Assembly (NCBI RefSeq): GCF_004010195.1
Contig: NC_057719.1
Location: 44,925,097-44,966,724, forward strand
Length of the DNA stretch: 41,628 nt
Origin: Chiloscyllium plagiosum
Taxonomy: Eukaryota
Reading direction: 5' to 3'
The translations under genes and the position numbers were made by a program. Positions within the stretch are counted from its first letter, which is position 1; the number at the start of each line of letters is the position of its first letter. The notes beneath the pieces were generated by a model. The model did no database searches, was not told where the DNA came from, and saw only the letters and a list, made by a program, of their open reading frames with translations. Positions 24,379-35,819 of this stretch are shown here, piece by piece.

Positions 24379-24934
24379 CATCCGCCCATATGGATTCTAT
24401 AACATATGATTCAAGATCATTCTTGCTGTTGTACTTATTCCATCCCATACATACCAACACTGCTAACCTACTACCCTCTTTTTCCTGCATGTCTTTTGAA
24501 AAGTCATATACTCCTGAATATTTAGTTCCCAGCTTTGATCTCTTTGTAACCATGTCTCTGTCATGGTTATGAAATCATATCCATTAACCTGAATTTGTGC
24601 AGTTAATTCATCTATTTTGTTCTGAATACTGTGTACATTCAAGTAAAGAACCATTAATCCTGCCTTTCTAAAAAAATATTTTTTGCTTTTTGACCCTATT
24701 TACAGCTATTTTTCTATGTTTGTATGTTATGTCCCTTCCTATACCACTCTGGGTATCGTTATCCAAATAACTGCCTTTTAATTTTGCTATATACTCTTAC
24801 TTTGTAAACCTATATTTCCCCTCTCCCAACACCCGTACTCCTCTCCCCCCATCCCCAATTAATTTACATTAGATTAGATTCCCTACAGTGTGGAAATAAG
24901 CCCTTCGGCTCAACCAGTCCACACCAACCCTCCA
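24378..24934 (-). repeat. Right arm of the ~557-bp inverted duplication
   Basis: Reverse complement of 21777-22334, with roughly a dozen differences by eye. Confidence 0.95.
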
Positions 24935-25184
24935 AAGAATAACCTACCCAGACCCATTTCCCTCTGACTAATGCACCTAACACGATGGGCAATTTAGCAT
25001 GGCCAATTCACCTAACCTGCACATCTTTGGACTGTGGGAGGAAACCGGAGTACCCGGAGGAAACCCACGCAGACACAGGGAGAATGTGCAAACTCCACAC
25101 AGACAATCACCCAAGACTAGAATCGAACCTGGGACCCAGGTGCTGTGAGGCTGCAGTGTTAGCCATTGAGCCACCATGATGCCC
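24868..25184 (-). mobile_element. V-SINE (HE1-like), full length, inserted in the CR1
   Basis: tRNA-like head (ggtggctcaatggctaacactgcagcctcacagc...ggttcgattct), V-domain tgtgtggagtttgcacattctccctgtgtctgcgtgggtttcctccggg, tail tttccacactgtagggaatctaatctaat. Confidence 0.92.
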
Positions 25185-25189
25185 TTAAA

Positions 25190-25545
25190 GTCATCGTGCC
25201 GCCCTTAATGTTCTCCCTACATTCCTAGTTATGTAATTCACCAAGACGTTGGTCCCAGTATGGTTCAAATGAGGCCATGACACCAGAACAGCTCTGTTCC
25301 ATGCCAGTACTGATGCTAGAGCCCCACAAACTTAAAACCTTTCACCCATACCAATCTTTAAGCCATGTATTTAACTCCTTTACTTTACTTTCCCAATGCC
25401 AATTTTCCCATGACTCGGGCTGTAGACCAGAGATGATCACCTTGAAGGTTCTGCTTTTCAATTTAGCTCCTCATTGTTCAAAGTCTTTCAACACAGCCTC
25501 CTTTCTCATCCTGCCAATGTCATTGGTGCCAGCATGAATGATAAA
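25190..25545 (-). mobile_element. CR1 ORF1 (SGNH esterase domain) relic; 5' part of the CR1 whose 3' part lies inverted at 22335-23145
   Basis: Minus frame IHAGTNDIGRMRKEAVLKDFEQ*GAKLKSRTFKVIISGLQPE...VKELNTWLKDWYG contains the HxGTND esterase motif of CR1 ORF1. Confidence 0.85.
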
Positions 25546-26283
25546 TACCCGATCCATTCCCTCCGTCTATATTCTTCTTCAGCATTGACCTGTGCAATTG
25601 CAAAAAGCCTGCTTTATTCTTTTACTCTGGTCCCTTTCCGATAAACATTAACATGCTATCTGTCTTCCTATTTGCCAGTTGCAGTAGATTCCAGCACTTT
25701 CCTGATGCCTGATGCCTCACGTCAGACTAATTAGTGTATTGTTCCCATTTTTCTTGTATAGTGGCGCTACATTTAGTAAATTCCAATTCGGTTGGGCCAG
25801 TCCAGGATCCAGGGAATTTTGGAAAATTATGGCCAGTGCATCCACGATCTCTGCAGCTATCTCTTTCAGAACTCTAAGATGTTGGTCATCTGATCCTAGC
25901 GATTTGTCAGATCTCAGTCCTTTTTTCCAGTATTTTTTCTCTGTTAAAATTAATTACCTTAATTTCATTACTCTGTTTATCACTTAAGTAATCCTGTATT
26001 TCATGATATATACAGCTTATATTTTTGACTGTAAAGACAGACACAAAATATTTCTTCCATATTCCACTGTTTTCACATTCCACACCATTTTTTATGTCTG
26101 TGATCCTAATAGACCAACATTTACTTTAGCTATTCCACCCCTATTTATATTTTATAGTCATATTTTAATAAAAATTTATATTTTTAGATTATACCCTTTG
26201 CTCTTTGATTTTGTATTTGGTTTTTTATTCTTTTTCTGAATCTACTGGTGGCAGTTTTCTGGTTCGAGCTTCGATAGAAGGGA

Positions 26284-26334
26284 TTGAATTTCTTAAGAGT
26301 GACACTGTTGAATTTCTTAAGAGTGACACTGTTG
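26284..26334 (+). repeat. Perfect 24-bp tandem duplication
   Basis: ttgaatttcttaagagtgacactg x2 plus ttg. Confidence 0.95.
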
Positions 26335-27029
26335 CAATCTGCTGTTCAGAAAAGACAAGCAGACAATGTTTAAGCACCTTCCCTTATCCCACCCTCATAT
26401 CTCCAAGGTGAGAAATGTGATGCTCAAAAAGTTTGTTCAGGTGATGGCCAAGTATTGTTTCTTCTTTCTTCCAGTAATGCATGGCCCTTTGTTCTGAGTC
26501 TGAGTGCAGGTTCACAGTTACAGCTCCTGGTGAATCCACACTTGCTACTGTTTCAGGCCATCACCAGCAGACGTAGGATAGACAGATGATAGAAAGATTA
26601 TGAAAATGACGTCTGAATAAACTGGATTGTAGTGTGGGAGTATTGCACATTGTCGGTGTCACTCTCATGTCCTGACATATCTTGGTCCACTGGCGAGATG
26701 GTTCTGGGCAGCCGGAAATAGAGTTGGACAAGGCATGGAAAACAACCTGGTTATCCACTGCAGCTGGATATAGGACCCTATGGCATTGACCTGCCTTTAG
26801 CACTGTTGGGTTTTGATTAATCTCATCCAATTGAACCAATCTTGGCATAGCAGAGTAGATAAATTCCCTCAGTTGCCAAAGGTAGGAAATCTAATTTCTA
26901 AACTCACCTGGTTTGGCCCACCTATTGAAGCTGTTTCTTGGAGTGTAGTTGCTGTTGCATGCTGACAACTACTTGGAACCACTGGCGAAAGCTGAGTGAA
27001 AAAATCTTGCAATACAGGTTGAGCTGGGA

Positions 27030-27430
27030 TGAGGGGTTGTCCTCTATCAAGTGGCTGTGTAAATTGGGTGTATGTTCTCTAGAGTTTAGAAAAATGAGAG
27101 GTGATCTTATTATAACATCCAAGAAGAGGTGGATAGTGAGAGGTTGTTTCCATTGATTTGAAAAATCTAGAACAAGGGGGCTGAGTTTCAGGATTGGGGG
27201 TGATTGTTTGGACTGAGATGAACAGAAATGCCTTCAGTGAAAGGGATGTGAACTTTTGACATTTTCCTAAGCTTTATGGATAGGCCATCATTGAATATAT
27301 TTAAGTTTGAGATTGGCACATCATTGATCTCTCATGGAATTAAAGAGAAACGGGGAACAGACTGGAAGTTGGTTTTGAAACCCAGCAATAATCAATTGGT
27401 GAAGCAGACTTGAAACATTTATGTTCTGCT
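27030..27430 (+). mobile_element. Decayed CR1 3' fragment
   Basis: tatgttctctagagtttagaaaaatgagaggtgatctt (cf. 22755-22790) through to a CR1-type 3'UTR. Confidence 0.7.
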
Positions 27431-27439
27431 TTGACATGA

Positions 27440-27575
27440 CAGCTGAAAGATTGAGTAAATAGCAGACTATACAGAATGAATGCAACAAGACTGCTGCTAG
27501 GATAGTGGGCATTCATCATCACAATGTGCTGACTGTAGTCACACACCAACTGCACATTCAAAGAGTGATAGCATT
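27440..27575 (-). mobile_element. Harbinger (HARBI1-like) DDE transposase relic
   Basis: Minus frame YHSLNVQLVCDYSQHIVMMNAHYPSSSLVAFIL, cf. HSLNVQLVCD....I..V.ARYPGSSHDAFIL. Confidence 0.8.
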
Positions 27576-29222
27576 AGCAGTGTGATACACCTCAGTCTTG
27601 AGATGAGACGACTACAAAATTGCATTTGCAGTTAATGGCATCCTGTGGGAGCCCACTTGCTAATCAAGCAAAATATGCGACAATACAAACTGTCCTATCA
27701 TTTCGTATTGACACTAGAAATGAAATCTTTAGGCAAATAATTCCTGTATCTGAGTGCAGAAGGTCAACTCTTTCTAAGGGAAATCCTTAAGCCTGAACCA
27801 TCGATTCTTGTTTTCTTAAATCTGATATCATTTTTGAAAATATATTCTCATTCTCAATTATTAAAACTTTTAAACACAATAGATTATTAGCCTGAAGTCA
27901 TAAATGATTTATGGCAAAAAAAAACAAATATTTTCTGCCAGAAATATAGGAATCAAAATATACCAGCAATTTATAACAGTTACAATAAGTATCATAAATC
28001 TTTGCTGAGAGTTTAATGGAATCTTTACTCAGCACTCAAGGAACTCAATTTCTCACTGAGGTTCATTTGTTCCCAACTGATAGTAACAACAGAAACCAGT
28101 TGTATTTGCATTTATTGTACTGGGGTAGCACTTCATTTTAGTGTCATTCCTAAATTTCTATCCTTATCTAAATATATATTACATAATCCCTAGAATCAAA
28201 ATAAATTATCTCAAGGCTCATTTTATTGTGATCAATAGCATTACCCAGCATTTAATTTTGTAACTAGTAATGCCGATAAGATGATGTAAAGTTTCAAATG
28301 ATTACTATTGGTCATATATTTTGCCACACATAATTAAATCAATTCCTCACTCTAGAGCTCCAATGTAAATGTTATCCATTCCCATACTTCGACATATAGC
28401 TTGACTTGACAACCATGACTCAGTTTAACAGACCCTGTCTGACCTAATGTTTGCTCTGTGGAGGCAGGCAAAGTGTAGCACAGTGACTCTGAAAGTAGGG
28501 CAGGTACAGGGCTGACCAAGTTTGGAGGTCTGGCTTGGAAGCTGCCCCACTTCTCTGGAACTTTATCCCAGTTTTTATTTTACAAGCTCACCCTGCACAT
28601 CCTTTCACACTTACTCACTGCCCTTGGCCCCTCTATACCAACTCATGACTCCATTGAGTTCTGCTTACTTCCATACCACTTTCACAGCCATTCACCAAGT
28701 ATTCATCATGAGTAGAAGCTAGGAGACTTGGGGAGGTAAATAAAACTGTTCTAACAATCTGCATTCAGCTCTCACTCTTACACACTTGACAGTAAAAATA
28801 CTCCAATTCATAAAACTCAATCAAAGTTTTAATTATGCTCAAGTGATTAATCTCATACAAAAACATGCTTTTATTCTGATCCCACATCAGACATTCTTTA
28901 GGCAATGAAAGCAGAAACTCCAGCTGAGATAATAGCCACTTTTGAAATTCAGCCAAGCATTCAAATTGACATTACATTAGCTCTGTATTGAAACTGCATG
29001 ACAAATTGCAGTGCTTTTATCTAATTTAAATCAGGTGGTCTATCAATCAAAGCAGTCCAGTAAAGGGGTTTCAAAAGCCTGTTCTTTTCATCTTTAAAGA
29101 GATTATTTTAAAACAGTAGAGTATGAAACTTAAACAACTCAAGAATGTCTAGTGTGTAGGTTTATGACTCTTGTACTGCAAGTTAAGGCACTTTAATGGG
29201 ATAGTCTGAACTTAGCACTAAG

Positions 29223-29517
29223 GTAAAAACAATGACTGCAGATGCTGGAAACCAGATTCTGGATTAGTGGTGCTGGAAGAGCACAGCAGTTCAGGCAGCA
29301 TCCAAGGAGCTTCGAAATCGACGTTTCGGGCAAAAGCCCTTCATCAGGAATAAAGGCAGTGAGCCTGAAGCGTGGAGAGATAAGCTAGAGGAGGGTGGGG
29401 GGTGGGGAGAAAGTAGCATAGAGTACAATGGGTGAGTGGGGGAGTGAATGAAGGTGATAGGTCAGGGAGGAGAGGGTGGAGTGGATAGGTGGAAAAGGAG
29501 ATAGGCAGGTAGGACAT
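29223..29517 (-). mobile_element. Young 5'-truncated PLE (3' end + pLTR) with perfect 11-bp TSD and intact hammerhead core
   Basis: TSD ttagcactaag at 29212-29222 and 29518-29528; minus strand attcCTGATGAaGGGCttttGCCCGAAAcgtcgat. Confidence 0.9.
29320..29347 (-). ncRNA. Minimal hammerhead ribozyme motif (PLE type)
   Basis: CUGAUGA core, stem II GGGC/GCCC with UUUU loop, GAAA, palindromic ACGU stem III, GUC cleavage triplet. Activity not demonstrated. Confidence 0.75.
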
Positions 29518-29930
29518 TTAGCACTAAGATCAAGTGGCCCTGCTGTGTTTAGATTTGCCTACTGTGTCAGTTACACACCTTCACACAGCTGGGAAAAATT
29601 GTATAGGGGTTAGTTTTCTGCCTTTGGGACTTGCCTATAATTTTAAAAGTTCCAGAATTTTACTAACTCTACAAAAACCCAGGCCAGAAAGTACAATTCC
29701 TTCTCCTCTACCATAACAGGTTTCTTTAGCCTGTACTTGTACATAGTGGGTATTCTCCTTCCTCCCTACAGTATAAATCTACATCACTCATCTTAATACT
29801 TGACTCATGTGATACTTTACATTTACCAGCATCCATTTACATGTAACTTTCCAACTGGATTGCAATTGAATCCAAATGCAAACTGTTTACTGGACCCAAT
29901 ATTTTTGCTGCTCACCCTTTATTAGACCTA

Positions 29931-30120
29931 GTCAGAAATCACACAATGCCAGGTTCTAGTCCCACAAGTTTATTTCAACTCACAAGCTTTCGGAGCACTG
30001 TTCCTTCGACAATGCTCCAAAAGCTTGTGATTCCAAATAAACTTGTTGGATTACAGCCTGATGTCATGTGCCTTCTGACTTTGTCCACCCCAGCCTGACA
30101 CCTGCACCTCCACATCATGG
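29931..30120. mobile_element. Palindromic pLTR pair from a third PLE family
   Basis: Inverted arms gtcagaa...caagtttattt...tcacaagctttcggagca / tgctccaaaagcttgtga...aaataaacttg...ttctgac. Contains the hammerhead 3' half GGA(G/A)C-agt-GCTCC-GAAAgctt. Confidence 0.7.
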
Positions 30121-30349
30121 CCCTTTATTGGGAGCATTTAACAAATTTGCAATTGATTTCAGCACACTGGTCGTTTATTTCTGACTGTCCTCATCAACTA
30201 TATTAGAGGAGATTTCACCACTTGGTTTATTTAAAGTGGTTAACCATCATGAATTTCAAAATTCCCCTTAATTTATGTTAAATATTTCTTTTGCTAGAAG
30301 GATTACCTTTCCTATCTTCTCAATAATTTCCAGTATTTTATCTACATTG

Positions 30350-30700
30350 GTCTTACTCATGATTTTGTTAATTTTAAGCTTGACTATTCCAATGCTTTCC
30401 TGCTGATTTCCACCATTCTACTCTTCGTCTACATGAGATCATCTACACCTCTGCATTTACCTGCAGCAAATCTTTCTCCTCTGTTACCTTCATGTTCTCT
30501 GACCTATATAAGTTCTTGGTTTTAAAATTCTTATTCTAGTTTTCAAATCTTTCCATGGTATCACTGTTCCCTATTTCTGTCATCTCCTCCAGCCTCAAAG
30601 CCTCTGAGATACCTGTGCTCCTCTAATGTTGGCCTCTTCCGAATCTGAAATTTTGATCTCTTCACCACTGGTCGCTCAGCCTTCAGTTACTTTGTCTGGG
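30350..30700 (+). mobile_element. Decayed L2 LINE 3' region
   Basis: cttgactattccaatgctttcctg (LDYSNAFL)...ttttaaaattcttattctagttttcaaatctttccatgg (FKILILVFKSFHG) are L2 RT C-terminal motifs. Confidence 0.65.
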
Positions 30701-30818
30701 ACAAATATAAGGGGTCATGCAAAATATCAGGAACCGTGCAAGGCAGTTCCAGGCTAACAGTGCTTGCTTGGATACACCGCAGCCTTTTAAAGATTATGCT
30801 GGTGCCAGGAAGTTTGAT

Positions 30819-31697
30819 AGGAGGAAGTGAGGACTGCAGATGATGGAGATCAGAGTCGAGAGTGTGGTGCTGGTAAAGCACAGCAGGTCAGGCAGCATCC
30901 GAGGTGCAGAAGAGTCGATGTTTTGGGCATAAGGCCTTCATCGGGAAAGAGGCTTGTGGGCCAAGGGGCCTAAGAGATAAATTGGAGGAGGGTGGATCTG
31001 GGGGGAAAGTAACTGGGAGTGTGATAAGTAGATGAAGGTGGGGGTGAAGGTGAGAAGTCAGAGAGGAAGGTGGAGCAGATAGGTGGGAAGAAAGATGGAT
31101 AGGTTATAGGGAGTTGGAGGCTTGGGAGGGGAGGGGAAATGACAAAACTGGTGAAATCCACATTAATCCCATGTTGTGGTTGCAGGGTCCCAAGGCAGAA
31201 GATAAGGCATTCTTCCTTCAGGCATCAGATGGTTAGGTTTGGCGATGGAGGCAGCCCAGGACCTGCATTTCCTTGGTAGAGTAGGAGGGGGAGTTACAGT
31301 GTTCGGCCATTGGGTGGTTTGGGTGGTTGGGTTGGTTGGTGTGGATGTCCCAGAGATGTTCTCTGAAACAATCCTGCTGGTGTCCTGTCTCCCCGATGTA
31401 GAGGAGACCACATTGGGTGCAACAGATACAGTAGATGTATGGAAGTACAGGTAAATTTCTGGAAGTACAGGTAAATTTCCGTTGGATGTGGAAGGACACT
31501 TTGCAGCCTTGGACAGAGCTGAAGGGGAAGGTGTGGGCGTAGGTTTTGCGGTGGTAAGGAAAGGTGCCGAGAGTGGAGGATGAGTTGGTGGGAGATTTGG
31601 ATCTGATAAGGGAGTAGTGGAGGGAATGGTTTCTATGAAATGCTGATAGGGGTGGGCAGGGAAATATATCTTTAGTGGTGGGGTCTGTTTACAGGTG
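30819..31697 (-). mobile_element. PLE 3' half (GIY-YIG endonuclease + pLTR), left arm of a large outward-facing inverted PLE insertion
   Basis: ORF 31233-31499 FTCTS...IYCICCTQCGLLYIGETG...FREHLWDI...PMAEHCNS (GIY-YIG with CxxC); pLTR at 30819-30947; internal 20-bp tandem duplication at 31440-31479. Confidence 0.9.
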
Positions 31698-32169
31698 GTG
31701 GAGGTGGCAGAGGAGGCCTTCTTCTTCAAGGACTGCAATTTCCCCTCCCACATGATTGATGATTGCCTCTGGTGCATGTCCACCAATTGCCACACCTCCG
31801 CCCTTGACCCCCATCACTCCCAATGCAACAGGACAGAACCCTCCTGGTCCTCACCATCCACCCCACCAACATCTGCATACATCACATCATCCTCTGCCAC
31901 TTCTTCCACCTGCAAACAGACCCTACCATTTGGGATATATCCACCCCTATGTGCATTCCAGAGAGACCATTCCCTCCATAACTCCTGCGTCAGGTCCATG
32001 CCTCCCACCAGCCCGACCCCCGGCACCTTCCCCTGCCACCGTAGGAAGTGCAGATACTGCGCCCACAGCTTCCCCTCACACCTCCGTCCAATGCCCCAAA
32101 GGATCCTTCCACATCCGACAGAAATTTGCCAGTACATCCACTCACGCCATCTACCAGACGCCAACTTGT

Positions 32170-33124
32170 CATAGAGTCATAGAGGTGTACAGTACAGAAA
32201 CAGACCCTTCTGTCCATGCCAACCAGATATCCCAACCCAATCTAGTCTCACCTGCTAGTACCCAGCCCACATCCCTCCAAACCCTTCCTATTCATATACC
32301 CATCCAAATGCCTTTTAAATGTTGCAATTGTACTAGCCTCCACCACTTCCTCTGGTAGCTCATTCCATACATGTGCCACCCTCTGGGTGCAAATGTTGCC
32401 CCTTAGGTCTCTTTTATATCTTTCCCCTCTCACCCTAAACCTATGCCCTCTAGTTCTGGACTACCTGACCCCAGGGAAAAAACGTTGTCTATTTATCCTA
32501 TCCATGCCCCCCATAATTTTGTAAACCTCAATAAGGTCATCCCTCAGCCTCAGACGCTCCAGGGAAAACAGCCCCAGCCTGTTCAGCCTCTCCCTGTAGC
32601 TCAGATCCTCAAACCCTGGCAACATCCTTGTAAATCTTTTCTGAACCCTTTCAAGTTTCAAAACATCTTTCCGATAGGAAGGAGACCAGAATTGCACTCA
32701 ATATTTCGACAGTGGCCTAACCAATGTCCTGTACAGCCACAACATGACCTCCCAACCCCTGTACTCAATACTTTGACCAATAAAGAAAACATACCAAATG
32801 CCTTCTTCACTATCCTATCTACTTTCAAGGAGCTATGAACCTGCATTCCAAGGTCTCTTTGTTTAGCAACACTCCACAGGACCTTACCATTAAGTGTATA
32901 AGTCCTGCTAAGATTTGCTTTCCCAAAATGCAGCAACTCACATTTATCTGAATTAAACTTCATCTGCCTCTCCTCAGCCCATTGGCCCATCTGATCAAGA
33001 TCCTGTTGTAATCTGAGGTAACCTTCTTCGCTGTCCACTACACCTCCAATTTTGGTGTTATCTGCAAACTTACTAACTATACCTCTTATGCTCAACTCCA
33101 AATCATTTATATAAATGACGAAAA
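32170..33124 (-). mobile_element. CR1 (HER1-like) LINE, 5'-truncated, RT to 3' tail
   Basis: FVIYINDL...SKFADNTKIGGVVDSEEGYLRLQQDLDQMGQWAEERQMKFNSDKC; QFWSPSYRKDVLKLERVQKRFTRMLPG; tail catagagtcatagag. Confidence 0.95.
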
Positions 33125-33571
33125 ATGTGAATTGTTTCAGAGAACATCTCTGGGACATGCGCACCAACCAACCCCACCGCCCCGTGGGCGAACACATTAA
33201 CTCCCTCTCTCACTCCACCAAGGACAAGCAGGTCCTGGGCCTCCTCCATCGCCACTCCCTAAACACCCAATGCCTGGAGGAAGAATGCCTCATCTTCTGC
33301 CTTGGGACCCTGCAACCACAACACTGGATCAATGTGGTTCTCACCAGTTTTCTCATTTCCCCACCCCCACTTTATCCCAGTGCCAAGCTTCCAACTTGGC
33401 TCCACCCACTTGACCTAGCCATCTTCCTTCCCATCTAACGTCTCCACCCTCCTCTCCGACTTATCACTTTTAGTCCCACCTTCATGAACCTATCACATTC
33501 CCAGCTACCTTTCCCAAGCTCCACCCCTCTCCCATTTATCTCTCAGTTCTCCTGGCCCACAATCCTCATTC

Positions 33572-33599
33572 CTGATGAAGGGCTTATGCCCGAAACGTT
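33572..33599 (+). ncRNA. Minimal hammerhead ribozyme motif (PLE type)
   Basis: CTGATGA-a-GGGC-ttat-GCCC-GAAA-cgtt (AACGTT palindrome, GUU triplet). Confidence 0.7.
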
Positions 33600-33972
33600 G
33601 ATTTTACTGCTTCACAGATAATGCGTGACCTGCTGTGCTTTTCCAACACTATACTCTTGACCAGGAAGTTTGGGGTATTCCAGGTTAGAAATCCAGCATC
33701 TGCAGTCCTCACTTTCTCCTGTATTCCAGGTTATCCTGGCAGTGCCGAGTTGTTGCCGGAATGGTGGGTGCTCAATGGAGCTAGAGCTAGATGAGTGGGA
33801 GGTCATAAAGGTCGAATGGGTAATTAATGAGGCATGTTTATTAAGATACAGTGAGAGCACCATTAGGTATTGAGGTGAGAAACCTTCCATAAAACCAAAT
33901 GCAATTGGTACTTAACCAAAAAAAAATGACTCAGCCTTTGTGGCATCTGATCTGAATTCACCTTGTGTAGAC

Positions 33973-34290
33973 AGAATCCCTACACTGTGGGTACAGGCCA
34001 ACAAGCCCAAACTGACCCTCCCAAGAGTAACCCACCTATACCCATTCCCCTACCCTATTATCCTATATTAACCCCTGACTAATACACCTAACCTGCACAT
34101 CCCTAAACATTATGGGCAACTTAACAAAGCCAATTAACCTAACCTGTACATCTTTGGATTGTGGGAGGAAACCCACAGAGACATGGGGAGAATGTGCAAA
34201 CTCCACACAGTCACCCAAGGCTGGAATTTAACCCAGATACCTGGTGCTGTGAGGCAGCAGTGCTAACCACTGAACCACTGTACCACCCTA
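33973..34290 (-). mobile_element. V-SINE (HE1-like)
   Basis: Collinear with 24868-25184; V-domain ggggagaatgtgcaaactccacacag. Confidence 0.9.
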
Positions 34291-35134
34291 CACTCAGTGC
34301 TTGGTATGATACCTTGTTTTATAATGTTTCTATGAAGCACCTAGGAAAAGTGAAGGTGCTATATAAATATAAATTGTTGTTGACGATGATTACAAGCTGT
34401 TACCCTAGATCAGGGCTATTCCCCTTTGAAAATAATTGCTTCTCATCCTGCAGAAATTCACTTTCATTAATAATTCTTCAAATCTTCTACAAATTCTAAA
34501 TTAAATGTAACCTGCCCAATGATTTTAATGATAGTCCTTTTGATCCTTGAAGCAAGACTGAAATAATTACAACCATTGTCAGGCAAAAGTTATGAGTAAT
34601 CAGGCTCCTCCTTAAGGCCACACCATCACATACTGGCGTAAAGCTAGTTTGACTCACTCCATATGCTCTCCACCTGTTTCAGTTCAGTGGGTGCAGCTAA
34701 TGTTGCAGATTCTAGCAACATCCCAGTTATAGTACTAAATGGAGTGAAAAATTAGCTGCCAATTCATTATAGTCTTTTCTTTGCTGTTGGCATCAAATAA
34801 TTTTAGTCCCCGTACCTCTATTTATAAAGCTCAGGATCCCATTTTCTTTATGAACTGTTTTGTTAATCTCTCCTTGAGCGCCAAAGATTTGGGTTGAACT
34901 ATCTATCTTTCTTGCATGTTCAGTAGGTATTGTCCTTTTTTCATTTGCCCTGCATTGAATTTTATCTGCCGTGTGCCTGCCCCTTCTGTAACCTGGCTGT
35001 GTCCTCTTGAAGTCTCTTGCTACCTTCCTTGATGTTTATTATACATTCAAGTTTTGTGTCATCTGCACATTTTGAAATTCAATCTGGTCCTTTTTTGAGG
35101 TCCCTTGCTGTTTGTGGTATATGTTAATGATTAG

Positions 35135-35815
35135 ACTTAAAGTGGGAGACATTATTGGGAAATTTGCAAATGACACAAAATTGACTGTGTGGTTGACAGT
35201 GAACAGAATAGCTGTTGTATGCAGGATGATTTAAGTGGATGTGAAAGTGGCAAATGGAATTCAGCCTGGAGAATGCAAAGTTATATATTTGGAGAGGGCA
35301 AAAAAAGCAAGGGAATGCATATAGAAGGGTATTGAAAGGGATAAAGGGACTTTGGAGAGCACATCCACAGGTTCCTGAAGGTGGCAAGACAAGAAGATCA
35401 GGTGGTAAAGAAGACATACCAGACTGATTCCTGGGATGGCATGATATATGGATTGACTGGGCTTCTACTCGCTGGAATTTAGAAGAATGAGGGGGACTCT
35501 GATAGAAACATATAAAATCCTGATATAGCAATAATCAATTACTGGGGAACAGATATAAAGTGATTAGTAGGTGGCTTAGAAGAGACATTAGGATAAATGA
35601 CCTCCTCCAGACGGTGGTAGGTGTCGAGAGTCACTGCCCAGTTTGGTGGGTGAGGCAGAAAGTCTCAATTCATTTCAAAGGAACCTAAATCTGCACCTGA
35701 AGTGCTACACCCTACAAAGCTATGGACCAGAAATTGAAAAGTGGGATTAGAATGGCTGTTTATTTAGCTAGCGCAGAAATTATGGGCTGAAAAGACTTTT
35801 CTGGTGCTATAACAT
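35135..35815 (+). mobile_element. Decayed CR1 RT/3' fragment
   Basis: aaatttgcaaatgacacaaaattg (KFANDTK), tggcaaatggaattc (WQMEF), ctggaatttagaagaatgagggggact. Confidence 0.7.
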
Positions 35816-35819
35816 TTGA

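Larger units (their letters stand above)
31698..33720 (+). mobile_element. PLE 3' half, right arm, interrupted by a CR1 at 32170-33124
   Basis: Linker and C-rich region, ...gacgccaacttgt|CR1|gaattgtttcagagaacatctc (FREHLWDMRTNQPHRPVGEH...LEEECLIFCLGTLQP); pLTR at 33568-33720. Confidence 0.88.

Noticed and set aside
21777..24934. Inverted duplication as two independent CR1 insertions or a pure assembly artefact
   Set aside because: The arms share the same SINE junction and the same decay mutations, so they are not independent insertions. They also differ at about a dozen positions and have microhomology junctions, so they are not a simple duplicated contig. Read-level confirmation is still needed.
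26561..26848. 95-aa minus-strand ORF
   Set aside because: No recognisable domain or splice structure; it lies among decayed repeats.
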